Source: Acidimicrobiales bacterium
GTDB lineage: Bacteria; Actinomycetota; Acidimicrobiia; Acidimicrobiales; MedAcidi-G1
Direction: 5' to 3'
DNA: 64,000 nucleotides
Assembly (NCBI GenBank): GCA_016845305.1
Contig: JAERSW010000042.1
Coordinates: 17,923 to 81,922 of the forward strand
Of this stretch, positions 17,611 to 25,638 are shown piece by piece; the stretch's first letter is position 1, and each line of letters opens with the position of its first letter. The notes under the pieces are model-generated. The model worked only from the letters and a program-made list of their open reading frames with translations, was not told where the DNA came from and ran no database searches. The translations under genes and the position numbers were made by a program.

Positions 17611-17952
17611 AGTCCGGTTCGACCCCCCTATCGTGGACGTCGGACCGGTCGGGACCCACCGTCCCGACCACCACCGAACGGAACCGGAAGCACACCACAT
17701 GCACGAGCACCGCGGACACCGCAACGGCCATTCGGCCGGCATGCACGCCGCCTCGTCGCGCGTGCGTCCGACCGCCCTGCATTCGGCCGGGCGGTGCCAC
17801 GCGTCGGTGGTGCATTCGTCCGTGAAGCCGAACGGTTCGTGGCTCGCGTCGACGACGTTTGCCACCGCCTATCGGACCACCGGTTTCACCAAGACCGGCC
17901 AGCGGCCCCGGGGAGCGACCAGCTGAACAGCTGAACGCAGATCCACCCCCCG

Positions 17953-17990
17953 AGGCCGCCGGAGAAATCCGGCGGCCTTCTCCGTTTTTC
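17953..17990 (+). terminator. intrinsic terminator/attenuator inside the whiB7-like leader
   Basis: AGGCCGCCGGA-GAAA-TCCGGCGGCCT is a perfect 11-bp stem, followed by TCTCCGTTTTTC. It lies about 90 nt upstream of the whiB start codon. Confidence 0.8.
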
Positions 17991-18030
17991 GGACCGGATC
18001 CACGCCTCGCCACCACCAACGACCAGAACC

Positions 18031-18069
18031 CCGACCCAGCAATCCGACCCAGCAACCCGACCCAGAAAC
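18031..18069 (+). repeat. three tandem 13-nt C/A-rich repeats between the attenuator and the whiB RBS
   Basis: CCGACCCAGCAAT / CCGACCCAGCAAC / CCGACCCAGAAAC, immediately followed by C-AGGAA-CCGAC-ATG. Confidence 0.9.
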
Positions 18070-18080
18070 CAGGAACCGAC

Positions 18081-18422
18081 ATGAGCATGCAGGTGCTGAC
18101 CTACGAACGAGAGACCTGGCGGCGACAGGCCGCCTGCGAACGCCTCGGCGTCCCCACCCGGGTCTTCTTCTCCGAGGACCTCGGGGAGATCGCCCTGGCC
18201 AAGAACACGTGCGCCGAGTGTCCGGTGATGGAGGACTGCCTCGAGGGCGCCATCCGTCGCCGCGAGCCGTGGGGCGTGTGGGGCGGCCAGCTGTTCCGCA
18301 ACGGCCACATCCTGGCCACCAAGCGCCGTCGCGGCCGCCCGTCCAAGGTGCCGCGCCCCGAGGACCAGCTGCCCGTGGTGCCCATCCCGGTGCGCATCCA
18401 GCAGGAGCTGCTGTCGGCCTGA
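18081..18422 (+). CDS. whiB7: WhiB-family transcription factor, WhiB7-like (EPW motif plus C-terminal AT-hook)
   Basis: MSMQVLTYERETWRRQAACERLG...AKNTCAECPVMEDCLEGAIRRREPWGVWGGQLF...KRRRGRPSK. It has the four-Cys Fe-S pattern, GVWGG and an RGRP AT-hook. ATG 18081 is preceded by AGGAA. Confidence 0.85.
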   Translation: MSMQVLTYERETWRRQAACERLGVPTRVFFSEDLGEIALAKNTCAECPVMEDCLEGAIRRREPWGVWGGQLFRNGHILATKRRRGRPSKVPRPEDQLPVVPIPVRIQQELLSA

Positions 18423-18440
18423 CCGGGATCACCAGGCCAC

Positions 18441-18479
18441 GGCGGCACCCACCCGTCCCCCTCCCGGGTGGGTGCCGCC
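18441..18479 (+). terminator. strong hairpin downstream of whiB (terminator without a U-tract)
   Basis: GGCGGCACCCACCCG-(9 nt)-CGGGTGGGTGCCGCC, a 15-bp perfect stem that starts 19 nt after the stop. Confidence 0.6.
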
Positions 18480-18528
18480 CGAGGACGCCGACCACGGACC
18501 GGGGTGACGCTCCGGCGAGCCCCGGTCC

Positions 18529-19095
18529 GTGCGGCTCCCACCGTGCCGGTACCGTCGCGGGATCGTGCTCCGATCCCGCGGCGGTCCCGGTGCCGCCCTC
18601 CTCACCGTCTGCCTCGCCCTCGCCGCGGCCCTACCGGTGGCCGGATGCGGTTCCGACGACGCGTCGATGGTCCACGACGACGTGGCCACCCTCCCGTTCG
18701 AACGATGGGACGGCACCTCGACCACGCTGGCCGACCTGGTGGCCACCGACGGCCGCCCGCTGGTCGTGAACCTGTGGGCCACGTGGTGCACCCCCTGCCT
18801 CGAGGAGATGCCCCACCTCCAGGCCGCCCACGAGGCCCGCGGCCACGAGGTGCGCTTCGTGGGCCTGAACGTCAGCGACTCCCCGACCCGGGCCGCGGCG
18901 CGGGCCGACGAGATGGGCATCACCTACCTTCTGGGTCGTGACCCCGACGGCGACTTCAGCGAGGCCCTCGGCGCGGTGGGGCTCCCGGTGACCGCCTTCG
19001 TGGACCGCTCGGGCGACGTCGTCCACGTCCACCACGGTCCGTTGGACGCCGAGTCCCTGTCCACCACCATCGCCGACCGCCTGACCCTGCCATGA
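18529..19095 (+). CDS. TlpA/ResA-like thiol-disulfide oxidoreductase lipoprotein
   Basis: LLTVCLALAAALPVAGCGSDD carries a lipobox. VVNLWATWCTPCLEEMP contains the thioredoxin CxxC motif. The alternative start GTG 18565 gives a more typical signal peptide. Confidence 0.88.
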   Translation: MRLPPCRYRRGIVLRSRGGPGAALLTVCLALAAALPVAGCGSDDASMVHDDVATLPFERWDGTSTTLADLVATDGRPLVVNLWATWCTPCLEEMPHLQAAHEARGHEVRFVGLNVSDSPTRAAARADEMGITYLLGRDPDGDFSEALGAVGLPVTAFVDRSGDVVHVHHGPLDAESLSTTIADRLTLP

Positions 19096-19108
19096 CCCGG
19101 GACGCCTC

Positions 19109-20209
19109 GTGATCGACGTCAGCCTGGCCCTGCCGTTCACCCTGGGCATCGTCACCGCGGTCAACCCGTGCGGCTTCGCCATGCTCCCCACCTGGCTGGG
19201 CTACTTCGTCGGACGCGACACCGCGGACGGCGAGGCCCGCCCCGAGCAGGCCCTGCGCGGCCTCTCGGTCAGCCTCACCCTGACCACCGCCTTCGTGCTG
19301 GTGTTCGGGCTCCTCGGCCTGGCCGTCAACACGGTGGTCAGCGAGGAGGCCGTGGCCTCGCGCACCCCGTGGGTGACCGTCGCCCTCGGGATCGCCTTCG
19401 TGCCGTGGGGGCTGGCCCTGCTGGCCGGCCGCCAGGTCCGCGTCCCGTTCCTCAAGCCGGGGAGGGGACCCCGGACCCGGGAGTTCTGGTCGGTCCTGGG
19501 CTTCGGGGCCTCCTACGCCGTGGTGTCGATCGGCTGCGCGGCACCGATCTTCCTGCTGCACGTGGCCGGCAGCTTCCGACGGGACGGGATCGTCGACGGC
19601 ATCGCCGTGTACCTGGCCTTCGCCGCCGGCATGGCCGCCGTGGTCACCTCGCTGACCCTGTCGCTGGCCATGGCCCGGGGTGGCCTGGCCCGGCACCTAC
19701 GACGCCTCCTGCCCCACTTCGACCGGATCGGCGCCGTGTTCCTCATGCTGGGCGGCGCCTACCTGATCGTCTACGGCGTCTACGAGATCCGGGTCCTGCG
19801 CAACCCGGGGGTCGGGTCGAACCCGATCGTCGACGCCGTCACCGACCTCCAGTCGCACCTCACCAACTGGACCATGCAGGTCGGCGGCCTGCGCCTCGGC
19901 CTGGCCCTGTGGCTGGTGGTCGGCACCCTCGTCGTCTGGGGCATCGGACCGGCCCTGGTGGGGCGGTTCCGACGGTGGGCCTGGGGTTCCGTGGCCGTGG
20001 CCTGGGTGGTGGCCGAGGGCATCGTCCACCGCGGCGACCTGGTTGTCGTCCCGGTGGGCCGCCTCGCCCTTGACTGGCCGGCCCGGATCGGCAACTGGTT
20101 CGACGACCCCTGGCGGTGGGCCACCCCGTTGGAGGCGCTGCTGACCGTCGCCGTGGTCCTGACCGCCTACGGGGCGGCGCGGGGGGCGATGGCCGGCCGG
20201 CGACGATGA
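19109..20209 (+). CDS. ccdA: cytochrome c biogenesis protein CcdA/DsbD-family membrane protein with a C-terminal TM extension
   Basis: VIDVSLALPFTLGIVTAVNPCGFAMLPTWLGYFVG... is the CcdA N-terminal motif. A second Cys sits in SYAVVSIGCAAPIF. 366 aa. Confidence 0.85.
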   Translation: MIDVSLALPFTLGIVTAVNPCGFAMLPTWLGYFVGRDTADGEARPEQALRGLSVSLTLTTAFVLVFGLLGLAVNTVVSEEAVASRTPWVTVALGIAFVPWGLALLAGRQVRVPFLKPGRGPRTREFWSVLGFGASYAVVSIGCAAPIFLLHVAGSFRRDGIVDGIAVYLAFAAGMAAVVTSLTLSLAMARGGLARHLRRLLPHFDRIGAVFLMLGGAYLIVYGVYEIRVLRNPGVGSNPIVDAVTDLQSHLTNWTMQVGGLRLGLALWLVVGTLVVWGIGPALVGRFRRWAWGSVAVAWVVAEGIVHRGDLVVVPVGRLALDWPARIGNWFDDPWRWATPLEALLTVAVVLTAYGAARGAMAGRRR

Positions 20210-20898
20210 GCCGACGCTCCTCCACCGCCGTCGACGACCGCACCCCCGGCCGGGTCGAGCCCATCGGGTCGCTGGCCGACCTGCTGGCCCTGCCCGGCGT
20301 GGTGGAGGAACTGGAGTTGCGCTCGACGGTCGGGGTGTGCGCCCTGCACGGCGGTGGCCTGGAACGGGCCACCGAGGTCGTGGCCCGCGAGGTGGCCGAA
20401 CGCACCGGGGCCTCGTCCTACGCCGTGGTCCAACCCGACGGCTGCCGACGCCACCTTCCGTCCACCCGGTTCACCGCCGGGACGTCGGACCGCCTCGACG
20501 CCTTCCTGGACCGCGTCGACACGGTGCTGTCCATCCACGGCTACGGCCGCCATGACGACTTCTGGGCCGTGCTGGTCGGCGGGGCCGACCGGGCCGCCGC
20601 CCACCACGTGGCCGGGCACCTCCGGGGCGTGCTCCCCGACGAGTACCGGGTGGTCGACGACGTGGAGGCCATGCCCCGCAGCCTGCGGGGCCTGAATCCC
20701 GACAACCCGGTGAACCGGACCGGTGGTGGCGTCCAGGTGGAGCTCCCACCCAGCATCCGGTGGAACCGCGACCACCGCGACTGGTCGGACCGCGACGGCA
20801 CGCCGCGCGCCGAGCACCTGCAACTGCTGATCGACGGCCTGGTGGCCGCCCTCGACGACCCCGAGCGGCCCGTCCCCGGCGGTGGCCCGGGAGGGTGA
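20206..20898 (+). CDS. poly-gamma-glutamate hydrolase-like (DUF867/UPF0714) family protein
   Basis: ATG 20206 overlaps the ccdA stop (ATGA). ...VCALHGGGLERATEVVAREVAERTGASSYAV...VLSIHGY... resembles the phage-related YjqB family. Confidence 0.65.
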   Translation: MSRRSSTAVDDRTPGRVEPIGSLADLLALPGVVEELELRSTVGVCALHGGGLERATEVVAREVAERTGASSYAVVQPDGCRRHLPSTRFTAGTSDRLDAFLDRVDTVLSIHGYGRHDDFWAVLVGGADRAAAHHVAGHLRGVLPDEYRVVDDVEAMPRSLRGLNPDNPVNRTGGGVQVELPPSIRWNRDHRDWSDRDGTPRAEHLQLLIDGLVAALDDPERPVPGGGPGG

Positions 20899-20902
20899 CC
20901 GG

Positions 20903-21592
20903 CTAGGGGGCCCGGCGCTCCACGATCCAGCCGTCTCCGGCCCCATCACCGCCGTGGCGGTACCGGAGCCGGTCGTGGAGCCGGTCGGGGCGCCCCTGCC
21001 AGAACTCGACCATCGAGGGCCGGACCCGGTAGCCGCCCCAGTGCCCGGGCCGCTCCACGTCCCGGCCGGCCCAGCGGTCCTCCGCCTCGGCGTAGGCGGC
21101 CTCCAGGGTGGCCCGGTCGGGCACCACGACGCTCTGGTCCGATGCCCAGGCCCCCAGCTGGCTGCCCCTCGGTCTGGTCGTCCAGTAGGCGTCAGACTCG
21201 GCGTCGTCGAGACGCTCGGCCGTGCCGGTCACCCGGACCTGACGTCGCAGCTCGGTCCAACTGAAGGTGAGCGCTGCCCGACCCGAGGCGTCCATCTCGA
21301 CGGCCTTGTCGCTGGTGTAGTTGGTGAACAGGACGAACCCGTCGGCGTCGACCTTCTTCAGGAGCACGTTGCGGGCCGACGGCCACCCGTCGACGGTGAC
21401 GGTGCTCAGGACCATGGCGTTGGGCTCCCAGTAGCCGGCCGCCTCGACCTCGCCGAACCACCGCTGGAACTGGGCGAACGGGTCGTCGGCCAGGTCGGCC
21501 TCGTCGAAGCCCCCGGTCTCGTACGCCTCGCGCACCCCGCTCAGGTCCATGCCTCCGACCGACCCGTCTCCAGAAGACATGCCGCCAGTCAA
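20903..21592 (-). CDS. pdxH: pyridoxamine 5'-phosphate oxidase
   Basis: ...DPFAQFQRWFGEVEAAG..EPNAMVLSTV...SARNVLLKKVD..GFVLFTNYTSDK...EFWQGRPDRLHDRLRY. Alternative starts lie a few codons in. Confidence 0.92.
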   Translation of the reverse strand: MTGGMSSGDGSVGGMDLSGVREAYETGGFDEADLADDPFAQFQRWFGEVEAAGYWEPNAMVLSTVTVDGWPSARNVLLKKVDADGFVLFTNYTSDKAVEMDASGRAALTFSWTELRRQVRVTGTAERLDDAESDAYWTTRPRGSQLGAWASDQSVVVPDRATLEAAYAEAEDRWAGRDVERPGHWGGYRVRPSMVEFWQGRPDRLHDRLRYRHGGDGAGDGWIVERRAP

Positions 21593-21633
21593 CCACGGCG
21601 CCCCCGGCGTCGGCCGACCGGACCTAGGGTCGG

Positions 21634-22035
21634 GTGATGCCCGGCACCGGCCCTCCCACGGCCCGCGAGGTCGCCCTGGTGGCGGTGGGCGGAGCGGTGG
21701 GCGCGGCCGCCCGATGGGCCCTCATCGAGGCCACGGCCGGACCCGAAGGCGGCGTCGCCGGTCCGGTCCTGCTGGCCAACCTGATCGGTTGTGCGGTCCT
21801 CGGGGTGCTGGTCGGCCGCGGCATCTCGGGGGCGACCCACCTGCTCCTCGGCGCCGGGTTCTGCGGTGGGCTGACCACCTTCTCGACGTTCGCCGTCGAG
21901 GTGGCCACCGCCCTGCGGTCCGACGACGTCACCGGGGCGATCGGCTACGCGCTGGTGTCGGTGGTCGGTGGCCTGTGGGGGTTCGCGCTCGGCCGTCGGG
22001 TCGGCCAGGCCGTCACCGGAGGTCCGGCGTGCTGA
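21634..22035 (+). CDS. crcB: fluoride channel CrcB/FluC, subunit 1
   Basis: ALVAVGGAVGAAARWAL...LANLIGCAVLGVL...GFCGGLTTFSTFAVE. Confidence 0.9.
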   Translation: MMPGTGPPTAREVALVAVGGAVGAAARWALIEATAGPEGGVAGPVLLANLIGCAVLGVLVGRGISGATHLLLGAGFCGGLTTFSTFAVEVATALRSDDVTGAIGYALVSVVGGLWGFALGRRVGQAVTGGPAC

Positions 22036-22394
22036 CCGGTCCGATCCCGACCGCCGTCGCCTTCGTGCTGCTGGCCGGTGCCGGAGCAGCGGTCCGGTTC
22101 CTGGCCAGCCACCCCTCCGGCAGGTGGCCGGGCGGGCACCTCGGCACCATGGCCGTCAACGTCGTGGGCTCGTTCGCCCTCGGCCTGCTGGCCGGGACCG
22201 GCGACGCCACGCTCACCATCGTCGGCACCGGGGGCCTCGGGGCGCTGACCACCTTCTCCACGTTCGCCGCCGACGCCATGGGCATGGCCGACACCCGCGT
22301 GGGTCGACGCAGCGGCCGGACCATCGGACACGTGGCCAACACGCTCGTGCTCGGCGTGGGCGCGGCCGCCCTGGGCCTGTACCTGACGGCCTGA
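22029..22394 (+). CDS. crcB: fluoride channel CrcB/FluC, subunit 2
   Basis: GTG 22029 overlaps the upstream stop. ...GTMAVNVVGSFALGLLAG...GGLGALTTFSTFAAD. Tail of ORF 21549..22394. Confidence 0.88.
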   Translation: MLTGPIPTAVAFVLLAGAGAAVRFLASHPSGRWPGGHLGTMAVNVVGSFALGLLAGTGDATLTIVGTGGLGALTTFSTFAADAMGMADTRVGRRSGRTIGHVANTLVLGVGAAALGLYLTA

Positions 22395-22404
22395 GCCGGC
22401 TCGG

Positions 22405-23685
22405 TCAGGAGATGCTGGTGGCCCCGCGCATGTAGGGCTGGAGCACCTCGGGGATGGCGACGGTGCCGTCGGGCTGCCGGTGGGTCTCGACCACGGCGGC
22501 CCACACCCGGGGAACGGCCAGGCCGGACCCGTTCAGGGTGTCCACGATCCGCGTGCCCTTCTCGCCGGTCGGCCGGTAGCGGACGTTGGCCCGACGGGCC
22601 TGGTAGTCGCTGAACCACGACACCGACGACACCTCCAGCCACTGGTCGGCGCCCGGGGCGTACACCTCGAGGTCGAACGTCCGGGCCGACGAGCCACCCA
22701 GGTCGCCGGCGCACAGGTCCAGCACCCGGTACGACAGGCCCAGGTCGGTGATGGCCGCCTCGGCACGGGCGAGGATGTCGGCGTGCACCTCGGGCGACTG
22801 CTCCCGGGTGGCGTAGGCCAGCAGCTCGACCTTGTCGAACTCGTGGACCCGCAGCAGGCCCCGGGTGTCCCGTCCCGCCGAGCCGGCCTCGCGCCGGAAG
22901 CACGAGGTGTGGGCCATCAACTTCATGGGCAGGTCGGCCTCGTCGACCACCTCGTCGCGGTGGAACGACGTGAGGGGCACCTCGGCGGTGGGGATGGCCC
23001 ACAGGTCGTCACGTTCGAGGTGGTAGGCGTCCTCCTCGAACTTGGGCAGATGGCCCGTCGACACCATCGTGGCCGTCTTGACCAGGGTCGGGGGCCGCAT
23101 CTCCCGGTAGGCGTCGGCATTGCGGTCCAGGCCGTACTGGACGAGCGCCCGACACAGGGTGGCGCCCATGCCCGAGTACATGACGAACATCGAGCCCGAC
23201 AGCTTGGTGCCACGCTCCACGTCGAGGATGCCGAGCTCCTCGCCGATCTCCCAGTGCGGCACCCGCTGGTGCTCGCCGTAGGCGTCCGGATCCCAGTGCT
23301 CGTGGCGCACCACGACGTTCTCGTGCTCGGACAGACCGTCCGGGGCGTCCTCCGACGGCGTGTTGGGGATCCGCAGCAGGATGTCGCGGACCTCGGCCGC
23401 CAGGGCGTCGACCTCGGCGGCCAGCTCGTCCTCGCGGGCGCCGAGCTCCCGACTGCGGGCCTGCAACTCGGCGGCCTCGTCGGCCTTCCCGTCGCGATGG
23501 AGGCCGCCGACCTGCTTGGAGATGGTATTGACCTCGTTGCGGACCTGGTCGCGCTCCTCGGCCAGGGAACGCTGCCGGGCGTCCAACTCGACCACCCGGT
23601 CGAGGGGCGACGTGTCCTCGCCACGACGGGCGAGGGAGGCCTTGACGGCCTCGGGGTCGGAGCGCAGCAGGCGGATGTCGATCAC
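22405..23685 (-). CDS. serS: serine--tRNA ligase
   Basis: 426-aa ORF: MIDIRLLRSDPEAVKASLARRGED... (coiled-coil arm), with class II motifs (FRREAGSAGRDTRGLLRVHEF; GSGLAVPRV). Confidence 0.95.
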   Translation of the reverse strand: MIDIRLLRSDPEAVKASLARRGEDTSPLDRVVELDARQRSLAEERDQVRNEVNTISKQVGGLHRDGKADEAAELQARSRELGAREDELAAEVDALAAEVRDILLRIPNTPSEDAPDGLSEHENVVVRHEHWDPDAYGEHQRVPHWEIGEELGILDVERGTKLSGSMFVMYSGMGATLCRALVQYGLDRNADAYREMRPPTLVKTATMVSTGHLPKFEEDAYHLERDDLWAIPTAEVPLTSFHRDEVVDEADLPMKLMAHTSCFRREAGSAGRDTRGLLRVHEFDKVELLAYATREQSPEVHADILARAEAAITDLGLSYRVLDLCAGDLGGSSARTFDLEVYAPGADQWLEVSSVSWFSDYQARRANVRYRPTGEKGTRIVDTLNGSGLAVPRVWAAVVETHRQPDGTVAIPEVLQPYMRGATSIS

Positions 23686-23711
23686 GGTTCGAACCTAGCG
23701 GGGAGCCCCCG

Positions 23712-24599
23712 TCACGACCCCTTCGAATCGGCGGCCGCGTCGGCGTCCCGGCGCAGTCGCAGGTGTCGACCCTCGGCCGGACGCAGCTGCTGGTTCTCCC
23801 GATGGTGGACCCGCGAGTAGCCGATGAACTTCACGATGATGATCCCCCACAGGTAGAAGCCGCCCAGCAGCTTCATGATGAGGCCGGCGGCCTGCTGGTC
23901 GGACCGCACCGTCACGCCGAAGGCCTGATAGCCGTCGTCGTAGTGCTTGTAGACGGTGCCCTCGGCGAAGGTCAGCCACGCGGCGGGGATGGTCGGGATG
24001 ACCGACATCAGGAACAGGTAGATCATCTGGCCGGGCACCGAGATCCGCAGCTCGGGCAGCGGCGCGGCGACCGGCACCCACATGAGCAGGGCACTCAGGA
24101 ACAGGGCGAGGTGCACGCCGTAGTGGAACGCCCCCGAGTCGAACGACCACTGGACCACGCCGCTCCAGTGGGTCAGGGCCGTGAGGCCATTGAAGAGCAC
24201 GCCGGCCACCACCGGATGCGCCATGCGCCGCAGGATCCGCGACCCCCGACCCCCGTCGAGCACCAGCAGCCTTGCCAGCCACGCCGGCATGGCCAGCAGG
24301 AACAGCGGCGGCACGATGAACGTGATCACCAGGTGCTGGACCATGTGCACCGCGTAGAGGTGCTCCTCGGCGATGTCGTGCACCGGCCAGTCGGCCGACA
24401 CCAGAAGCAGCAGCGTGGCGACCACGAAGGCCCGTCGTTGGAACGGGGTCGTGACCGGTTCCCCGGCCGGGACGACCCTCGGGCCGATGACCCGGGTGGC
24501 CCACCAGCCGAGGGCCACGACGGCGAGGACGAGGAACCAGACCTCGGGGTGGGCCTGCCATCGCCACGGGTCGGGCGAGGCGGCGAGGAGGACGGTCAT
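23712..24599 (-). CDS. ctaG: cytochrome c oxidase assembly factor CtaG (Caa3_CtaG family membrane protein)
   Basis: MTVLLAASPDPWRWQAHPEVWFLVLAVV...HLYAVHMVQHLVITFIVPPLFLLAMP... Confidence 0.85.
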   Translation of the reverse strand: MTVLLAASPDPWRWQAHPEVWFLVLAVVALGWWATRVIGPRVVPAGEPVTTPFQRRAFVVATLLLLVSADWPVHDIAEEHLYAVHMVQHLVITFIVPPLFLLAMPAWLARLLVLDGGRGSRILRRMAHPVVAGVLFNGLTALTHWSGVVQWSFDSGAFHYGVHLALFLSALLMWVPVAAPLPELRISVPGQMIYLFLMSVIPTIPAAWLTFAEGTVYKHYDDGYQAFGVTVRSDQQAAGLIMKLLGGFYLWGIIIVKFIGYSRVHHRENQQLRPAEGRHLRLRRDADAAADSKGS

Positions 24600-24671
24600 C
24601 GGATCACGGACCGGTCACCGGGTGGCCGGGCCCCTGGTGGGACGCCGGACGCCTGCGCCCGGCTCCGCCGT

Positions 24672-25001
24672 CTAGCCCTTGTGCCAGAACTCGAAGACGG
24701 TGAGCATGATCCCGTACACGATGGTGGCCAGGATCAACCCCGCCACGAAGAACTTCGTGAACATGGGGCTGTCGAACTTCAGGTGCATGAACCAGGCGGC
24801 CACGTAGAAGAACTTGTAGACCATCATCAGCATCAGGACCGGGATGAGGATCTCGCCCGGCACGCTCTCCATCCAGTACGTCGCCACCTCGAGGGCGGTG
24901 ACGATGGCCAGGATGATGGCGACCTGGACGTACTTCCTGTCCGACGGGTGGTCGTGGGCCTCGTCGTGCGAGTCCACGTGCTCTGCGGTGTCGGTGCTCA
25001 T
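24672..25001 (-). CDS. cytochrome c oxidase subunit IV (caa3/Bacillus CtaF-CoxD type, 3 TM)
   Basis: 109 aa: ...RKYVQVAIILAIVTALEVATYW...MLMMVYKFFYVAAWFMHLKFD.... The N-terminus is His/Asp-rich (EHVDSHDEAHDHPSD). Confidence 0.85.
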   Translation of the reverse strand: MSTDTAEHVDSHDEAHDHPSDRKYVQVAIILAIVTALEVATYWMESVPGEILIPVLMLMMVYKFFYVAAWFMHLKFDSPMFTKFFVAGLILATIVYGIMLTVFEFWHKG

Positions 25002-25032
25002 GACGGTGTCTCCCGGTTCCAGGTGTCCCGGC

Positions 25033-25638
25033 TCAGCTGGTGGGCGAGGGGACCAGGTAGATGACGGTGAAGATGAAGATCCACACCACGTCGACGAAGT
25101 GCCAGTACAGGCCCACGATCTCGACCGTCTCCGACCGCTCCTTGGTGAGCGTCCCCCGGAACGACGAGATGAGCAGCGACATCAGCATGACGATGCCGAG
25201 GCTGACGTGCACGCCGTGGAAGCCGGTCAGGGTGAAGAACGCCGACGAGAACGGGCTGGTGGTGTAGCCCAGGCCCTCCCGCAGGAAGGTCGTGAACTCG
25301 TACACCTGGCCGCCGATGAACAGCGAGCCCAGCAGGGCGGTGGTCAGCAGCCAGATCCGGTTGTTGCGGATGTCGCCGCGCTGCAGCGCCGACAGCGCCA
25401 GCACCATGGTCAGCGAACTCATCAGCAGCACGAACGAGCTGACCGACGTGAACGGGATGTCGAAGATGTCGCCGGGCGCCGGCCCGTCACCGAACCGACC
25501 CCGGTAGATCAGGTAGGTCGAGATCAGGCCACCGAACAGCAGGCATTCCGAACCCAGGAACGTCCACATCAGGAGCTTGTTGTTGGACAGGCCGGTGCCC
25601 GTCCCGTGGCCGTGCGACACGGCGGCGGCGTCAGCCAA
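25033..25638 (-). CDS. ctaE: cytochrome c oxidase subunit III
   Basis: TTG start 25636-25638 is preceded by GAGGAGG (6-nt spacer) and overlaps the ctaD stop. ...LLMWTFLGSECLLFGGLISTY...FFTLTGFHGVHVSLG...LYWHFVDVVWIFIF. Confidence 0.9.
   Translation of the reverse strand: MADAAAVSHGHGTGTGLSNNKLLMWTFLGSECLLFGGLISTYLIYRGRFGDGPAPGDIFDIPFTSVSSFVLLMSSLTMVLALSALQRGDIRNNRIWLLTTALLGSLFIGGQVYEFTTFLREGLGYTTSPFSSAFFTLTGFHGVHVSLGIVMLMSLLISSFRGTLTKERSETVEIVGLYWHFVDVVWIFIFTVIYLVPSPTS

Noticed and set aside
17575-17865. 96-aa minus-strand ORF in the whiB leader (MANVVDASHEPFGFTDECTTDAWHRP...).
   Set aside because: It shares its third codon positions with the plus-strand frame, so its GC3 is uninformative. 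The second half is Cys/Trp/Arg-rich noise. There is no RBS or terminator on that strand, whereas the intrinsic terminator is oriented for plus-strand transcription.
17620-17950. 6C-type sRNA, suggested by two CCCCCC runs at about 17624 and 17945 in the whiB leader.
   Set aside because: The two C-runs are about 320 nt apart and do not sit in the loops of two adjacent hairpins as in the roughly 90-nt 6C RNA. The WhiB7-type attenuator leader explains the region better.
21593-21633. Possible fluoride riboswitch upstream of the crcB pair.
   Set aside because: Only about 40 nt separate the pdxH start from the crcB start. That is too short for the roughly 50-60-nt crcB motif plus an expression platform, and I could not find the conserved pseudoknot core.
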